Source: a virus (taxonomy: Duplodnaviria > Caudoviricetes). Taken from it: DNA of 64,000 bases. A program made the position numbers and the translations under genes. Within the stretch, counting starts at the first letter, position 1. Each line of letters starts with the position of its first letter. The notes under the pieces were generated by a model. It made no database searches and was not told the origin of the DNA. It saw only the letters and a program-made list of their open reading frames with translations. Location: the IMG/VR virus record IMGVR_UViG_3300029305_001557, positions 1 through 64,000 of that record; one strand, given 5' to 3'. Of this stretch, positions 43,991 through 54,388 are shown one piece after another.

Positions 43991-44430
43991 TACACACCCA
44001 CCTGCCTTAATGTCAATGTGAAACGAGCCATTGTGGGTCTTCCCCACTCGTCATACTCTTCCATTTTGATTACTAAGTCTTCAAGAACACATCTTCGGAT
44101 AAAAGTACCATAACAGAAGAGCATTTCGGGCGGTTTCTTATAATTCGCTGAATTTGTCTCGGGGGTGAGAAAACCCCCAATAAAATTCATATAGCTATTG
44201 ATTACTCCTGTATAGGGCTTGTTAAAGAAGAAAAGCTCTACAGGAAATGACCTTGTGTTACCGTGAACGAATTGCGTATTGGGGTAAGACATTCCCGGTG
44301 CAACAATTTCAGCATAGGTAACACCACGAGAGTACTCAAAGGTCTCAGGGTTGTACTGAAATCTTTTGATAGCTCCTGTGTTAAGGTTTTTAATATAACC
44401 TTTAGTTCTTGCTCCAACTCTTGAACTCAC
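43990..44430 (-). CDS. Tail-tube initiator / CIS tube-like protein
   Basis: FQYNPE...QF..G.TR...PP..LF..G. Confidence 0.7.
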   Translation of the reverse strand: MSSRVGARTKGYIKNLNTGAIKRFQYNPETFEYSRGVTYAEIVAPGMSYPNTQFVHGNTRSFPVELFFFNKPYTGVINSYMNFIGGFLTPETNSANYKKPPEMLFCYGTFIRRCVLEDLVIKMEEYDEWGRPTMARFTLTLRQVGV

Positions 44431-44445
44431 AACATCTTACCTCCT

Positions 44446-47400
44446 TTACGCTCTTACTGCCATTGCTCTCAACTGCTGTTTACGAGCAATAATCTTCATA
44501 ATCTTCTCTGCCGCTTTTTCAAGCTCACTATCAGAAGCGTTTGCAAGCTGAATAACGATACTTCCTGCGGCAAAGGTAACACTGTAGTCATTCTTAGTTT
44601 CTCCTGTCTTCTCGACAATCTGAGGGGCAGGAGAGGTCTGTACAAAGTTCTGTGTATTAGTAACAAACGAAGAATTATTATTCACGCTTGCAACCGTTTC
44701 AGCAGGAACAGGAGCAACAGGAACAGCTTCCATAACAGTAGGATAAATGTTATTTAAGACTGCCTGCGGTTGAGTGATGTCTCTCGAAACACCATTAACA
44801 GTGTCACTGTCATACTTACCTAAGAAGTTCTGCAACCTCTTTGTAGTATCGTCATTGACAACAACTTCATTCGGGTGAAGAACAGCAAGACCTGTAGTCT
44901 TAACATAACCACCTGTATCAAGACCGATAAAGTTAGCTATGCTATCTCCAACACCTGATAACCAATCTCCTGCGGCATCTATACCGTTAGAGAAGAAGTC
45001 ACCGACAGAACTGATAGCGTCAGTAAGCCACGACAGCTTTTCACCAATCCAATTAAAGAAGGACATTGCACCTTCAGTAATGGACTCCCACACACCTGCA
45101 AAGAACTCTTTAACTCCGTTGAATACACCTGTGGTTGCGTCAGCCGCCGCAGTAAAGGCTTCAGAGAACCAATTAGTAACAGCAGTGATTTTCTCGTTTA
45201 TCCAATCAAACACTCCAATGATGAAGTCTCTGAAAGGAGTAAGAACATTCTCATTTATCCAAGTAAAGATAGAAGAGAAGAAGTCTCCGATTGCTTGTAA
45301 GCAACCTACAATCCAATCACGAACTGCTGTAAAGGCTGTCGTTATCCAATTTACTACAGGCATTACTACATTGTCTTTCACCCAATTAAAGATGAACGAG
45401 AAGAAGTCGCCAATAGCTTGTAACACAGGTTGTATCTTACTCCACAGCCACTGAAATGCAGAAACGATAGCATTGATTACTACCTTGACTACAGCGACTA
45501 TTGCGAGGAAGATAACACGGAAGAACTGATAAACTACATTGATAATAGACTTAATGATATTCGCCGCAGTTTTGATTATAGTCCACACGAGGTTGACTAC
45601 TTTCTTAATTACAGACCAAATACCTTGTACACAAGTGACTATGAAATTCACGAGTCCCTTAATGCAAGTCCATATCACACCTGCGATACCACTGATTGCA
45701 GACCAAATTACTTTTGCTACACCTGCGACAATCGTACCAACTAACTTGATAATGTTCCAAATAGTAGTTACGACTCCCTTGATGAAAGCCCAAATAGTCT
45801 GACCTACAGTGACAATACAGTTAAAGATACTCTGAGCAACCTTGATGACAGACTGTACAATCGGGTTATTCAAAATAGCCTGAACAATGTTAGCTACTAC
45901 TTGCTTCACAGCATTAAATATCTCTGCGACTTTCGTACCAAACCACGAACAGAACTCTTTTATCTTGCCCCACAACCATACAAAGAACTGACCTATCTCT
46001 TTACGGAAGATAATAACAAGAGCAATAACAGCAACGATAGCTACTATGATTGCTACTACCCAACCTACAGAGATACCTAAAGCTCCTGCAATCCAAGTCA
46101 AGGCACTCATAATGGCACTTCCTATAGCAGAGAAGAAAGCACCAATAGCTTTACCTGCGGAGAGTAACCAACCACCTAACTTAGTAAAAGCAGGTGCAAG
46201 TTTAGCTACCCAACCAAATACTTTTGCAAAGCCACCGCCTATCTTGGTAAAGAAAGCGGCGAGTTTAGGAAACCAAGCTCCCATAACTTCAAAGAAACCA
46301 AAGCCCTCTTTCATAAGAGCAATGGCGGCTCCCATATCTTTGAAGAAAGCAATAACAACAGGAGCTACTTTAATGAGAGGATTAAATATCCACTTCAAAA
46401 CACTCCACAAGCCTTTAGCAATTTTGCCGACAAAGCTAAATGCTTTTCCGACACCTACAACTACTTTATAGACACCCTTAAATGCGTTTGCAACAACAAT
46501 CAGAGTGATAAGGCTTGCTGTTAGCTGTCCTACAACTTCACCGATAGCCCTCCACTTATCTTCTGCACCTGCTTCAGTTAAGCTCTTTAAGAACTCACCA
46601 ACCGAAGCGGCAAGAGCATTGACATCAATACCCATAAGCTTCAGACCTTCAAGGGACTTAACTAAACCGTCAAAGAACCCTTTGAAACCTGCTGAGAAGC
46701 CTTCCGTGAAGAAGTCCCAATAGTACTTTAGCTGTAACAGACCTTCAACAAGAGGGAGTATTCCTAACTCTTTAGCTTTAACAAAATTCTCTTCAGAGAG
46801 AGTGTTATCGTTCCAAGCGTCACTTACAATAGAGAAGATAGTCCCTAAGTCATTCATAACACCTGTAGCGACATCACGAATACCAAATAGGTTATTCTTC
46901 CACGCAAAATACGCAACTGTCGCAAGTGCAACAAAAGGAAGTGCTTTACCAATAAGACTTGTAAATGCGACTCCAACTTTACTCAAAAGAGCAGGAAGAG
47001 ATTTGAGCATTGTAAGTCCCATAGTGGCAAACGCTATAGAGGATAACAGCTTTAACAGTGAACCACCGACTACAAGGAAAGCTCCTATAGCCGCTACTGT
47101 TATAAGGATATTCTTAGTTAATTTCGGGTGTTCTTGTATCCACGCTATGATAGCGTCACTGTTCTTAATCACCCAATCTAACATACTCTCTAACGGGGAA
47201 AGGATTGTGGTAATAGTGTCAGCAAGAACACCTGTTATTGTATTAAAGGTCTCTTCATTCTCTACAAGAGAGAACACCCAATTACTGAGCTTTTCTAACA
47301 GACCGCAATAAGCTTCAAAAACTCCGCTGTCTGCAATCTTAGACAGAGAGTTAAATAAAGCGTCTTGCATATTACTTAAACGCTGTGTAGGAGTTCCTGC

Positions 47401-48114
47401 TAAGTTAGCAGTATATCCCACGATATTGAGCTTTTCAACAAGGTCTGCTACCTGCTGAGTTCTCTCTTCAATAGAAGCACCTTTATCTTCGCCCAAAATG
47501 CCCGTAATATCGAGACCTGCACCTCTTTTAAGGGAAAGAGCATTACCTTCAGCAATGTATTCTTTGATAGCACCCATAGCGGCTTTAACACCTGTACCGT
47601 AAGTGTTACGCATATTGGGAACCATTGCGGCAATATCTGAAGCATAGTCAAGAAGCTTCTGAGTTGCGTTACCACTCGAAGTGGTCACTTCAGACATAGC
47701 TTCAATGCCTACGGCTTTCATCATTGTAACAGCAGGGATAAGAGATTGTATATCAAAGACCGAGGACATAGCATACTGCTTGATTTCATCAATCTTTGCT
47801 TCTCCTGCTTCAACGCTACCATACAGTGCAGATAACTGCATACGATAGCCTTGCATTTCCATACCTGTATCAATGACTTGCTGAGTGATACCTGCAAATA
47901 CACCTGTAATGGACTCACCGATAGAAACAAAAGTGTCTCCAACAGCACCTAAAGAAAGTGCTATTGAAGCTAACTCTGCCGCAGAAGCACTGACCGAGGA
48001 AGTCAAACTGTCTGCCGTTGCACTCATTCTCATAAAGTTATTTGTCGCCGTGTTCATACCCGAGGACGCATTATCTACGAAATTGAGTACAAGTCCTAAC
48101 CCAAAAGAGTTCAT
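44446..48114 (-). CDS. Tape measure protein
   Basis: 1222 aa, Ala/Gly-rich helical with regularly spaced Trp/Phe repeats. Confidence 0.92.
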   Translation of the reverse strand: MNSFGLGLVLNFVDNASSGMNTATNNFMRMSATADSLTSSVSASAAELASIALSLGAVGDTFVSIGESITGVFAGITQQVIDTGMEMQGYRMQLSALYGSVEAGEAKIDEIKQYAMSSVFDIQSLIPAVTMMKAVGIEAMSEVTTSSGNATQKLLDYASDIAAMVPNMRNTYGTGVKAAMGAIKEYIAEGNALSLKRGAGLDITGILGEDKGASIEERTQQVADLVEKLNIVGYTANLAGTPTQRLSNMQDALFNSLSKIADSGVFEAYCGLLEKLSNWVFSLVENEETFNTITGVLADTITTILSPLESMLDWVIKNSDAIIAWIQEHPKLTKNILITVAAIGAFLVVGGSLLKLLSSIAFATMGLTMLKSLPALLSKVGVAFTSLIGKALPFVALATVAYFAWKNNLFGIRDVATGVMNDLGTIFSIVSDAWNDNTLSEENFVKAKELGILPLVEGLLQLKYYWDFFTEGFSAGFKGFFDGLVKSLEGLKLMGIDVNALAASVGEFLKSLTEAGAEDKWRAIGEVVGQLTASLITLIVVANAFKGVYKVVVGVGKAFSFVGKIAKGLWSVLKWIFNPLIKVAPVVIAFFKDMGAAIALMKEGFGFFEVMGAWFPKLAAFFTKIGGGFAKVFGWVAKLAPAFTKLGGWLLSAGKAIGAFFSAIGSAIMSALTWIAGALGISVGWVVAIIVAIVAVIALVIIFRKEIGQFFVWLWGKIKEFCSWFGTKVAEIFNAVKQVVANIVQAILNNPIVQSVIKVAQSIFNCIVTVGQTIWAFIKGVVTTIWNIIKLVGTIVAGVAKVIWSAISGIAGVIWTCIKGLVNFIVTCVQGIWSVIKKVVNLVWTIIKTAANIIKSIINVVYQFFRVIFLAIVAVVKVVINAIVSAFQWLWSKIQPVLQAIGDFFSFIFNWVKDNVVMPVVNWITTAFTAVRDWIVGCLQAIGDFFSSIFTWINENVLTPFRDFIIGVFDWINEKITAVTNWFSEAFTAAADATTGVFNGVKEFFAGVWESITEGAMSFFNWIGEKLSWLTDAISSVGDFFSNGIDAAGDWLSGVGDSIANFIGLDTGGYVKTTGLAVLHPNEVVVNDDTTKRLQNFLGKYDSDTVNGVSRDITQPQAVLNNIYPTVMEAVPVAPVPAETVASVNNNSSFVTNTQNFVQTSPAPQIVEKTGETKNDYSVTFAAGSIVIQLANASDSELEKAAEKIMKIIARKQQLRAMAVRA

Positions 48115-48138
48115 TATAACCCTCCTTTCTACTTATTT

Positions 48139-48315
48139 TTAACTGCTTTCTTTATAAGTAGAAGATGAAGAGTTACCACTATTGTTAATCTGTTTTTGTT
48201 CAGCTTTTTTCTGCTCAACAACTAATTCTACCCACATTCTTCTCTCGTTTCGAGGAAGACTCCAAAGAGAATGGCTGTCCCAATGATAGGTGTAAGCTAA
48301 AATGTGCATTTCCAT
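48139..48315 (-). CDS. Tail assembly chaperone, frameshifted extension (gpT-like), absent from the ORF track
   Basis: Translated by hand: MEMHILAYTYHWDSHSLWSLPRNERRMWV...; the -1 frame is open from the slippery site A AAT TTT at 48375-48381. Confidence 0.75.
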   Translation of the reverse strand: MEMHILAYTYHWDSHSLWSLPRNERRMWVELVVEQKKAEQKQINNSGNSSSSTYKESS

Positions 48316-48368
48316 TTTAGTGTTCTCAAAGGAACAGCCATTTTGGAAGTCATCTTCAAAAAACGAGC

Positions 48369-49223
48369 TTAGATAAAATTTGTTGCGTTAAGATTGCCCT
48401 TAAAGTCTTCGCCACAGTTCGTACAGGTGACATCAATTTCAAGGTTAATGCCGAACAGGTTTTCCTGCAATACTTTCTGCAAATACTCTCTATCTCTTAC
48501 CGTTAAGTCTCTCATAACATCTTCAGTTACATAGAGACCGTCTTCAAACTTACATAAACGAGTCAGCATAAGAGTACTTGCCTGAGCAACATTCTTTCTC
48601 GCAATAGGAGTAAGGATTTCTCTATCCTGACCTGTAGGAAGTCTAAGTGTACCGTCTCTGTGAACAGTACCCTTCTTATCTTTGTAGCCTTTCGGTAAAG
48701 AGAACTGTACAACTCTCTCACCCTTAAAAGGCTCAACTTCAAGCTCGGACACATCGAGGATAGTCTTCAAGCTCTCCTTACAGTAGGGACAAGTATGAGT
48801 AACTTCAATCTCACCACCCATAGATAATTCTCTGAGCTTAATGAGCATAAAGTCTTGGTCTCCTACATACAAAGACTTAATAAGGTCTTTCCACTTCTCA
48901 TTGCCGACAGATTTGCGGGTAAGAGTACCGATACTCATTACACAGCGTTCAAGCAGTACAGAAACCAACTTAGAGGGGTTCTGCTTAACATCGGATTTAG
49001 AGATAGCTTCTTCATCACGACCTGTCATTTCTCTTAAAGTGAAAGTCTTGTGAACAACTCCCTCTTCATCTGTGTAACCTGCAAGAAGCTCAAACTGTTC
49101 GGTCTCACCGTCCTCGTTTACTTCAATGCGACTGTTATAAACAGGGGCTTTCTCTTCGGGTGTTAAAACCTCATCAAGTAATTCGTCACTTGCAACATTC
49201 TTTTTCAGCTTTGGTGTAGCCAT
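48369..49223 (-). CDS. Tail assembly chaperone (gpG-like)
   Basis: Between tube and tape measure; REMTGRDE, CPYC and CTNC. Confidence 0.8.
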   Translation of the reverse strand: MATPKLKKNVASDELLDEVLTPEEKAPVYNSRIEVNEDGETEQFELLAGYTDEEGVVHKTFTLREMTGRDEEAISKSDVKQNPSKLVSVLLERCVMSIGTLTRKSVGNEKWKDLIKSLYVGDQDFMLIKLRELSMGGEIEVTHTCPYCKESLKTILDVSELEVEPFKGERVVQFSLPKGYKDKKGTVHRDGTLRLPTGQDREILTPIARKNVAQASTLMLTRLCKFEDGLYVTEDVMRDLTVRDREYLQKVLQENLFGINLEIDVTCTNCGEDFKGNLNATNFI

Positions 49224-49273
49224 AATAAATTCCTCCTATAATTTTACTTTGGTGGTGTTGCAACCACACTACT

Positions 49274-49302
49274 ATTATACAATAAAACCCCGCAAATAGC
49301 AA
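49274..49302 (-). promoter_or_regulatory. SigA-type promoter TTGCTA-17-TATAAT overlapping the tube-gene terminator hairpin (49284-49318)
   Basis: Read directly. Confidence 0.6.
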
Positions 49303-49366
49303 GAGCTATCTACGGGGTCTCATAGAACAAGATAACCCTTAAATCAGACTCTTGTATGAGTTCCAA

Positions 49367-49798
49367 TTAGTCTAAGAAGTACTCGAACTGTAATGTCAGC
49401 TTTTCAATAGCCACATCATCAGAGGAAGCGTCTAAATCAGAACCCTCCCACTTGCTTACCCAAGCTTCTGCAAGCTTATAGGTACGCTTTGTATTACCAA
49501 AGCGGTCAAGAATTTCAATGATGACAGTATTACGGAGATTAGAGTCCGTAAGCACTTTCTTATACTGAGCTTCAAGTTCTTTTGTAGCATAAGAACCTCT
49601 TTCGAGGGTAACTTCACCGACTTTTTCTCTGCCGGGGAGTTTATGAGTGTACTGATAGAGACCCTCTAAGTACTCAACAACACCTACTTCTCTTGTCAAG
49701 CCACCGACTTTCTGAAAGCCTAAACCTGTAGGAAGCCCCGGTACTGTTACACGAAACATAAACTTCTGTAAAGGGTCATTAGCAATAGTTCTTGCCAT
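49367..49798 (-). CDS. Tail tube protein (T4 gp19-like)
   Basis: DPLQKFMFRV...GF..V.GL..E....EY.EG...KLPG...VTLERG...AWVSKW...L. Confidence 0.92.
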   Translation of the reverse strand: MARTIANDPLQKFMFRVTVPGLPTGLGFQKVGGLTREVGVVEYLEGLYQYTHKLPGREKVGEVTLERGSYATKELEAQYKKVLTDSNLRNTVIIEILDRFGNTKRTYKLAEAWVSKWEGSDLDASSDDVAIEKLTLQFEYFLD

Positions 49799-49816
49799 AG
49801 TTTAGTTCCTCCTCTC

Positions 49817-51244
49817 TTAATCGTTAGAAATGCTGTGAGCAATACGGATAATAACAAACTCCGCAGGCTTGTTAGGTGCATAGCCTACTTCGCAGATTAA
49901 CTTACCTGCATTTCTCACGCTTTCGGGGTTCAAGTCTTCGTCACACTTAACGAAGTATGCCTGTTCAGCTTTGTCGCCAAATAAGCCACCGTCTCTCCAC
50001 AAATTATCGAGGAAAGCTTCAATAGTGGTCTTTACTCTCGTCCAAAGCACACTATTGTTCGGCTCAAAAACAGCCCACTGAGTACCATTCTTAATGGACT
50101 CTTTAATGTTAGTCTCCAAGAGAACATCAGACACATACTTCATTGTGGCGTCAGGACTCATACTTCTTGCACCCCAAACAACAATGCCGTAGTTAGCTCT
50201 CGGCATAACTACATTGACACCGACAGGGTTCAGAACATCACAGTCGCCCTTAACTAACAGCTTAACGACTTCTACTGCACCTCTTACAGTTGCTTCAGTA
50301 CCCGCAGGTGCTTTCCACACACCACGCTCCTGAATAGTACGAGCATAGATACCCATAATGTGACCGCAAGTAGGACAGTCTCTTAACTTACCTGTCTTAG
50401 AGAGAGGGTCAGAAACTTTAATCCACGGATAATACAAAGCACCGTTCTTACAAGATAAAGACTTTCTAAAGGTCTTAATCGTTGCAACATCGGCAGACTT
50501 CGCACCGTCTACGATTGCGAAAACATTACCTCTATTCTCTGCATAAGAGAGAATTGCAGTGGTCATTGCTTCAGAAACCTGACCGGGAACACAGATAAGG
50601 TTTACATCGTCAACAGAGTCGAACAACTGTAAAGCTCCTGTATAGTCAGCGTCAGCAATATCGTCAATACCGTCTGCACCGCCTGTAAAGGCAACATCAG
50701 TAGCGGTAGCAGTTAAAGAGCCTGTAGCACAAGTGATGAAGTTACTATTGCCGATAACATCAAGCCAATAGTTCTCATCAGACGCTGTGTTAGACACATT
50801 AGTGAACTGCTCAACCTGCTCACCGTCGTACTTAACAGTAATATCAAAGTTTGCAGGAACATCGGTATTAGCCTTAACTGCAATCTTTAACTTATTACCC
50901 CAAGTACCTTCATCTTTAGCACTGAATGTTACACCGCCATTCGTACCTGTAGCTTTAGCCGCAGAGTCAGAAGCTGTACGAATGATGTAACATCTTGTAC
51001 CACCGTTCTGAAAGAAACCGTAAACAGAATAAGCGAGGTCACTGTTTACAAGGAAAGGGGTCTCCATTCCATAAGCAAAAGTATCAAGGAAGTTCTGCCA
51101 AGAAGTAACGAGTGTAGGAGTCTTCAAAACACCTCTCACTGCGATACCCACAAAACCACCTGTACTTGCACTGACTGCTTCGATAGGTGCATTAGCGTTG
51201 TTTACACTTTCCGCATATACACCGGGGGATAAATACTCAGCCAT
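49817..51244 (-). CDS. Tail sheath protein
   Basis: YLSPGVY.E, FGNGG/NGG, VWKAPAG, WGAR, PAEFV. Confidence 0.95.
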   Translation of the reverse strand: MAEYLSPGVYAESVNNANAPIEAVSASTGGFVGIAVRGVLKTPTLVTSWQNFLDTFAYGMETPFLVNSDLAYSVYGFFQNGGTRCYIIRTASDSAAKATGTNGGVTFSAKDEGTWGNKLKIAVKANTDVPANFDITVKYDGEQVEQFTNVSNTASDENYWLDVIGNSNFITCATGSLTATATDVAFTGGADGIDDIADADYTGALQLFDSVDDVNLICVPGQVSEAMTTAILSYAENRGNVFAIVDGAKSADVATIKTFRKSLSCKNGALYYPWIKVSDPLSKTGKLRDCPTCGHIMGIYARTIQERGVWKAPAGTEATVRGAVEVVKLLVKGDCDVLNPVGVNVVMPRANYGIVVWGARSMSPDATMKYVSDVLLETNIKESIKNGTQWAVFEPNNSVLWTRVKTTIEAFLDNLWRDGGLFGDKAEQAYFVKCDEDLNPESVRNAGKLICEVGYAPNKPAEFVIIRIAHSISND

Positions 51245-51468
51245 TATTTAGTACCTCCTTTAGTAGTTTTTGTCTCCTCAACTTCGACAGGCATTAAAAT
51301 GATGAAACCGCAATCTGCTTCTGCCTTAATCTCGGGAGAAACAAGCTTTTCATCAATGACCTTAGACTGTCTTGCGAACAGTCTCAAAGTCGTACCGTCT
51401 GCTTGGGTCAGGGTGTGAGGAAAACCCTGAGCTTCGATTACTTTAATCTTGCTCATAGTGGTAATCAA
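51244..51468 (-). CDS. Hypothetical protein (about 70 aa)
   Basis: GGAGG RBS; coupled to the sheath gene. Confidence 0.7.
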   Translation of the reverse strand: MITTMSKIKVIEAQGFPHTLTQADGTTLRLFARQSKVIDEKLVSPEIKAEADCGFIILMPVEVEETKTTKGGTK

Positions 51469-51483
51469 CCTCCATTTTAATTT

Positions 51484-51660
51484 TTACGAGGGTACTACAC
51501 TACTTATATACTTTTCAGAACTTTTCACCACATCTACTCGGTTACTCAGTAAAATGAAAGCGTGGCGGTTCATACCCTCTAACATAACAGTAAACACTGT
51601 AACATAAGCTCTCGGGGATTTGCGTTCTTCAAAATGCACACCCGGTCTTAATACTTCCAT
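51484..51660 (-). CDS. Small hypothetical protein (58 aa) with a sheath-like N-terminal arm, absent from the ORF track
   Basis: Translated by hand: MEVLRPGVHFEERKSPRAYVTVF...; TAAATG stop-start coupling with the upstream gene. Confidence 0.55.
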   Translation of the reverse strand: MEVLRPGVHFEERKSPRAYVTVFTVMLEGMNRHAFILLSNRVDVVKSSEKYISSVVPS

Positions 51661-52236
51661 TTAATCACCGTCACTTTCTTCGTTGACTTTGACATCAGGA
51701 GTATAAGTGACCATAGGAACAACATTCTGTACTCTTTCATCAAGCTCTACCTGTACTTTGTAAGTGCCAAAGCTGTGAAAAAGTCTTCTGCCATTCTGCA
51801 TTAAATCAGACTTGTTAAAATCATTTCGGGACAGAACAAAACAGCTTCTTGCTATATCCGACATATCAGACACATCAAGATTAAACCAAGACTTTGAAAA
51901 AGCCTTCCACTGTCTTGTCATACTGTTCATATCTGTTTGAAGTGTCGCCCAAAAGTCTATCTGATAAAATAAGTCAAACGGAAGAGCAGAGTCTTCTAAA
52001 ACAAGTGAATTAGCTTCCTCATTCTTAGAAACGACAATAGGCTCAGAACTATATCTTATCTTAGAAAACCTGTCGTAAAGGTTATATATCGAGACTAAAG
52101 GGTAGTCCTCAGTATTAAAATCTTCATCAGGTTTTCTTATAACAACTTTGACAGGCTTTCCGTCAATCTGAATGACTCTCTGTAACAGCTTCTTAAATGC
52201 AATATCGACTTGCTCAAACCATACACTCTCACTCAT
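51661..52236 (-). CDS. Tail terminator/completion protein
   Basis: Neck position; YPLVSIY...FDLFYQIDFW. Confidence 0.65.
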   Translation of the reverse strand: MSESVWFEQVDIAFKKLLQRVIQIDGKPVKVVIRKPDEDFNTEDYPLVSIYNLYDRFSKIRYSSEPIVVSKNEEANSLVLEDSALPFDLFYQIDFWATLQTDMNSMTRQWKAFSKSWFNLDVSDMSDIARSCFVLSRNDFNKSDLMQNGRRLFHSFGTYKVQVELDERVQNVVPMVTYTPDVKVNEESDGD

Positions 52237-52237
52237 A

Positions 52238-52726
52238 TTAACTACCTCCTGTCTCTATTAGTTTCTGTAACAACTCCCGCCAATTATTTTTGATAGTCGG
52301 CTCTACTTCTTCCCACGAAGGTCTTATTAAAGGTCTCGGTGGCATTTTATCTGTACCATACTCTAACCATATCATTAAATCACTGAACTTCACACCTGAT
52401 TGAGTGGTCTTCCACGCAGAAGCTCCCACGAACAGGGTCAACCCATTCTTAGGAGATTTAATGCGTCTTACTTCAAGGTTATCTTTAAGATACCCTGTCT
52501 CAACATAAATTGTTGTGTCTCCACCTTTAAGCTCAACAGTTCTGTCAGCAAGGGGAGTCCAATTAAGGTCTTGACGCTCTATGTGATTTATAACAGTGTC
52601 GAGTATTAGCTCACCGTCTTCTTGTAACTGAGCCTTAAATGCAGGGCAGAGGTTTACGGATAGTCCCTGTAACACTACTCCTGCTTTAGTCCAATCACCA
52701 AACTTACTAACATACACATTGCTCAC
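52238..52726 (-). CDS. Neck/tail-completion protein (HK97 gp10-like)
   Basis: LEYGT.KMPPRPLIRP. Confidence 0.75.
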   Translation of the reverse strand: MSNVYVSKFGDWTKAGVVLQGLSVNLCPAFKAQLQEDGELILDTVINHIERQDLNWTPLADRTVELKGGDTTIYVETGYLKDNLEVRRIKSPKNGLTLFVGASAWKTTQSGVKFSDLMIWLEYGTDKMPPRPLIRPSWEEVEPTIKNNWRELLQKLIETGGS

Positions 52727-53178
52727 CGCCTTACTTTAGGCTTCTCACAATAGAAGACATAAAATTGAAAGACATCATCAATGTTTACGATAGGTCTGAC
52801 CTGAACAATATTGTAGTCAACACCTTTGTAGCTAATCGCACCTTTCTTCAAGGTCTCATAGTTCTCAGGTGTAATATCTACATTCTTATCCAAAAGACTC
52901 TTTGTAGGAATGGTGGCTGTTACATAGTCCTGTATTCCTTCAACAACTTGTTCGCCCTGTTCCATAGAAAGAGCAAACTTGCCGACAAGCTGTATAGGGT
53001 CAAGGTAATTCTTTTGCGTTGTCTCCTCGTACACATTGGTGTCAGTGGAGTCCTCATCTAAGAGCTTTAAGAAGATTTGATTTGTCATCAAAGTAGAGTA
53101 CACTTCATAAATGCCCTCTAAAAACTCTTCATTAAGTCTCTTCTGAGCCACTGTCTTCACCTCCTGTAGTGGAAACAA
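52723..53178 (-). CDS. Head closure/stopper protein; start probably a GTG near 53157
   Basis: Position after the adaptor gene. Confidence 0.6.
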   Translation of the reverse strand: MFPLQEVKTVAQKRLNEEFLEGIYEVYSTLMTNQIFLKLLDEDSTDTNVYEETTQKNYLDPIQLVGKFALSMEQGEQVVEGIQDYVTATIPTKSLLDKNVDITPENYETLKKGAISYKGVDYNIVQVRPIVNIDDVFQFYVFYCEKPKVRR

Positions 53179-53923
53179 TCAATTCTGCTCTTCCGACAAG
53201 TGAAGATTTCTCAGTTGCAGACACCATTATATGATAAACGGTATCAGGGAGTAACCCTTCAATGCGACATTTATTTTGATGAACATTGGTTATCTTCGCC
53301 ACGAGCTTCGCTTTAGGCGAAATTTGCTCCGTAATAGCAAACTCATCATAAATTTGCTCATCGGAAACATAAACCTCATATTTATCAAAACGACTGAGCT
53401 GAACAGACCAAGACAGTTCAACTGTAGTATCTGTAACACCCACAACACGCAAAGAAAGGACAGGGACTCTTCCTTTCTCGTAATTCCGTCTTGTCGCATA
53501 TCTATCTGAGATAAGAACATCATACGAGGTTAGAGTGTTACGAGTCCCTGCCCCTCCGTCTTCATTGTATTGGTTATACTCATCATCAACAGCCGCTATG
53601 AGCTTCATATAATGCTCAAAGCGTTGACTCCTCTTGATTTGGTTGTTGTTATCAGCAGTCAAATCAATAAGAGGAGCGTCCATAGAAGCAAGTGTGTAAT
53701 ACAACTCTTTCTTCGCCAATAGGACAACAGGATAGATGTCCTCTGTGGGAATTAAATCGAGAGAGGGGACTTGTGGGAAGTCCCTCGTCAGAACGACATT
53801 CAGGTATAACTCAATGTCCTCGTCAGTCATACTCAGATAAGCGGTGTCTGTAACATCAGCATTTTGAATGTTGATATTTAACCTTAAATATCTAACAAGC
53901 TCAGCCTTAGTCATACTGAACAC
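53132..53923 (-). CDS. Head-tail adaptor with C-terminal FN3-like domain
   Basis: Helical N-terminal half; TDTTVELSW...LLPDTVYHI.VSA. Confidence 0.65.
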   Translation of the reverse strand: MFSMTKAELVRYLRLNINIQNADVTDTAYLSMTDEDIELYLNVVLTRDFPQVPSLDLIPTEDIYPVVLLAKKELYYTLASMDAPLIDLTADNNNQIKRSQRFEHYMKLIAAVDDEYNQYNEDGGAGTRNTLTSYDVLISDRYATRRNYEKGRVPVLSLRVVGVTDTTVELSWSVQLSRFDKYEVYVSDEQIYDEFAITEQISPKAKLVAKITNVHQNKCRIEGLLPDTVYHIMVSATEKSSLVGRAELIVSTTGGEDSGSEET

Positions 53924-53934
53924 CTCCTATTCGA

Positions 53935-54351
53935 TTAAAGAGGCTTCAACATTCCTTCTGCACTGTTGAGAATACGCTTTACATTTTCGGGAACTGTTAC
54001 CACTTGGTCTTTTGCGAAGTGATACCACTGACCGCCAATGCAACCGTCGTATTTCTTAGCAAGACGAACTTTCACCATTCTTTCGATAGGTTTCTTTTCA
54101 GTCTTTGCGGTAAAAGTAACTTCATCAGTAGATTTGTCCTCTACAGGAGCTTCAGGAGTTTCATCTTTAGCTTCCTCTTCAACAACAGTCTCAGAAGACG
54201 CTTTAGCAACTTCCTCATTCTCAGGAGCGACTACTGTTTCAACCTTGTCCTCTACAGGAGCTTCAGTCTCAACAGCTTCTTTGTTCTCAGTTACTTCCTC
54301 TTCAATAAGGTTAGAAGAAGCTCTCGGTGTGAACTTTTTATTTGCCGCCAT
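53935..54351 (-). CDS. Acidic hypothetical protein downstream of the capsid gene
   Basis: Glu-rich linker plus a small C-terminal beta domain. Confidence 0.75.
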   Translation of the reverse strand: MAANKKFTPRASSNLIEEEVTENKEAVETEAPVEDKVETVVAPENEEVAKASSETVVEEEAKDETPEAPVEDKSTDEVTFTAKTEKKPIERMVKVRLAKKYDGCIGGQWYHFAKDQVVTVPENVKRILNSAEGMLKPL

Positions 54352-54388
54352 AATTTTTACCTCACTTTCACTTATTCAAATTTTCAAA

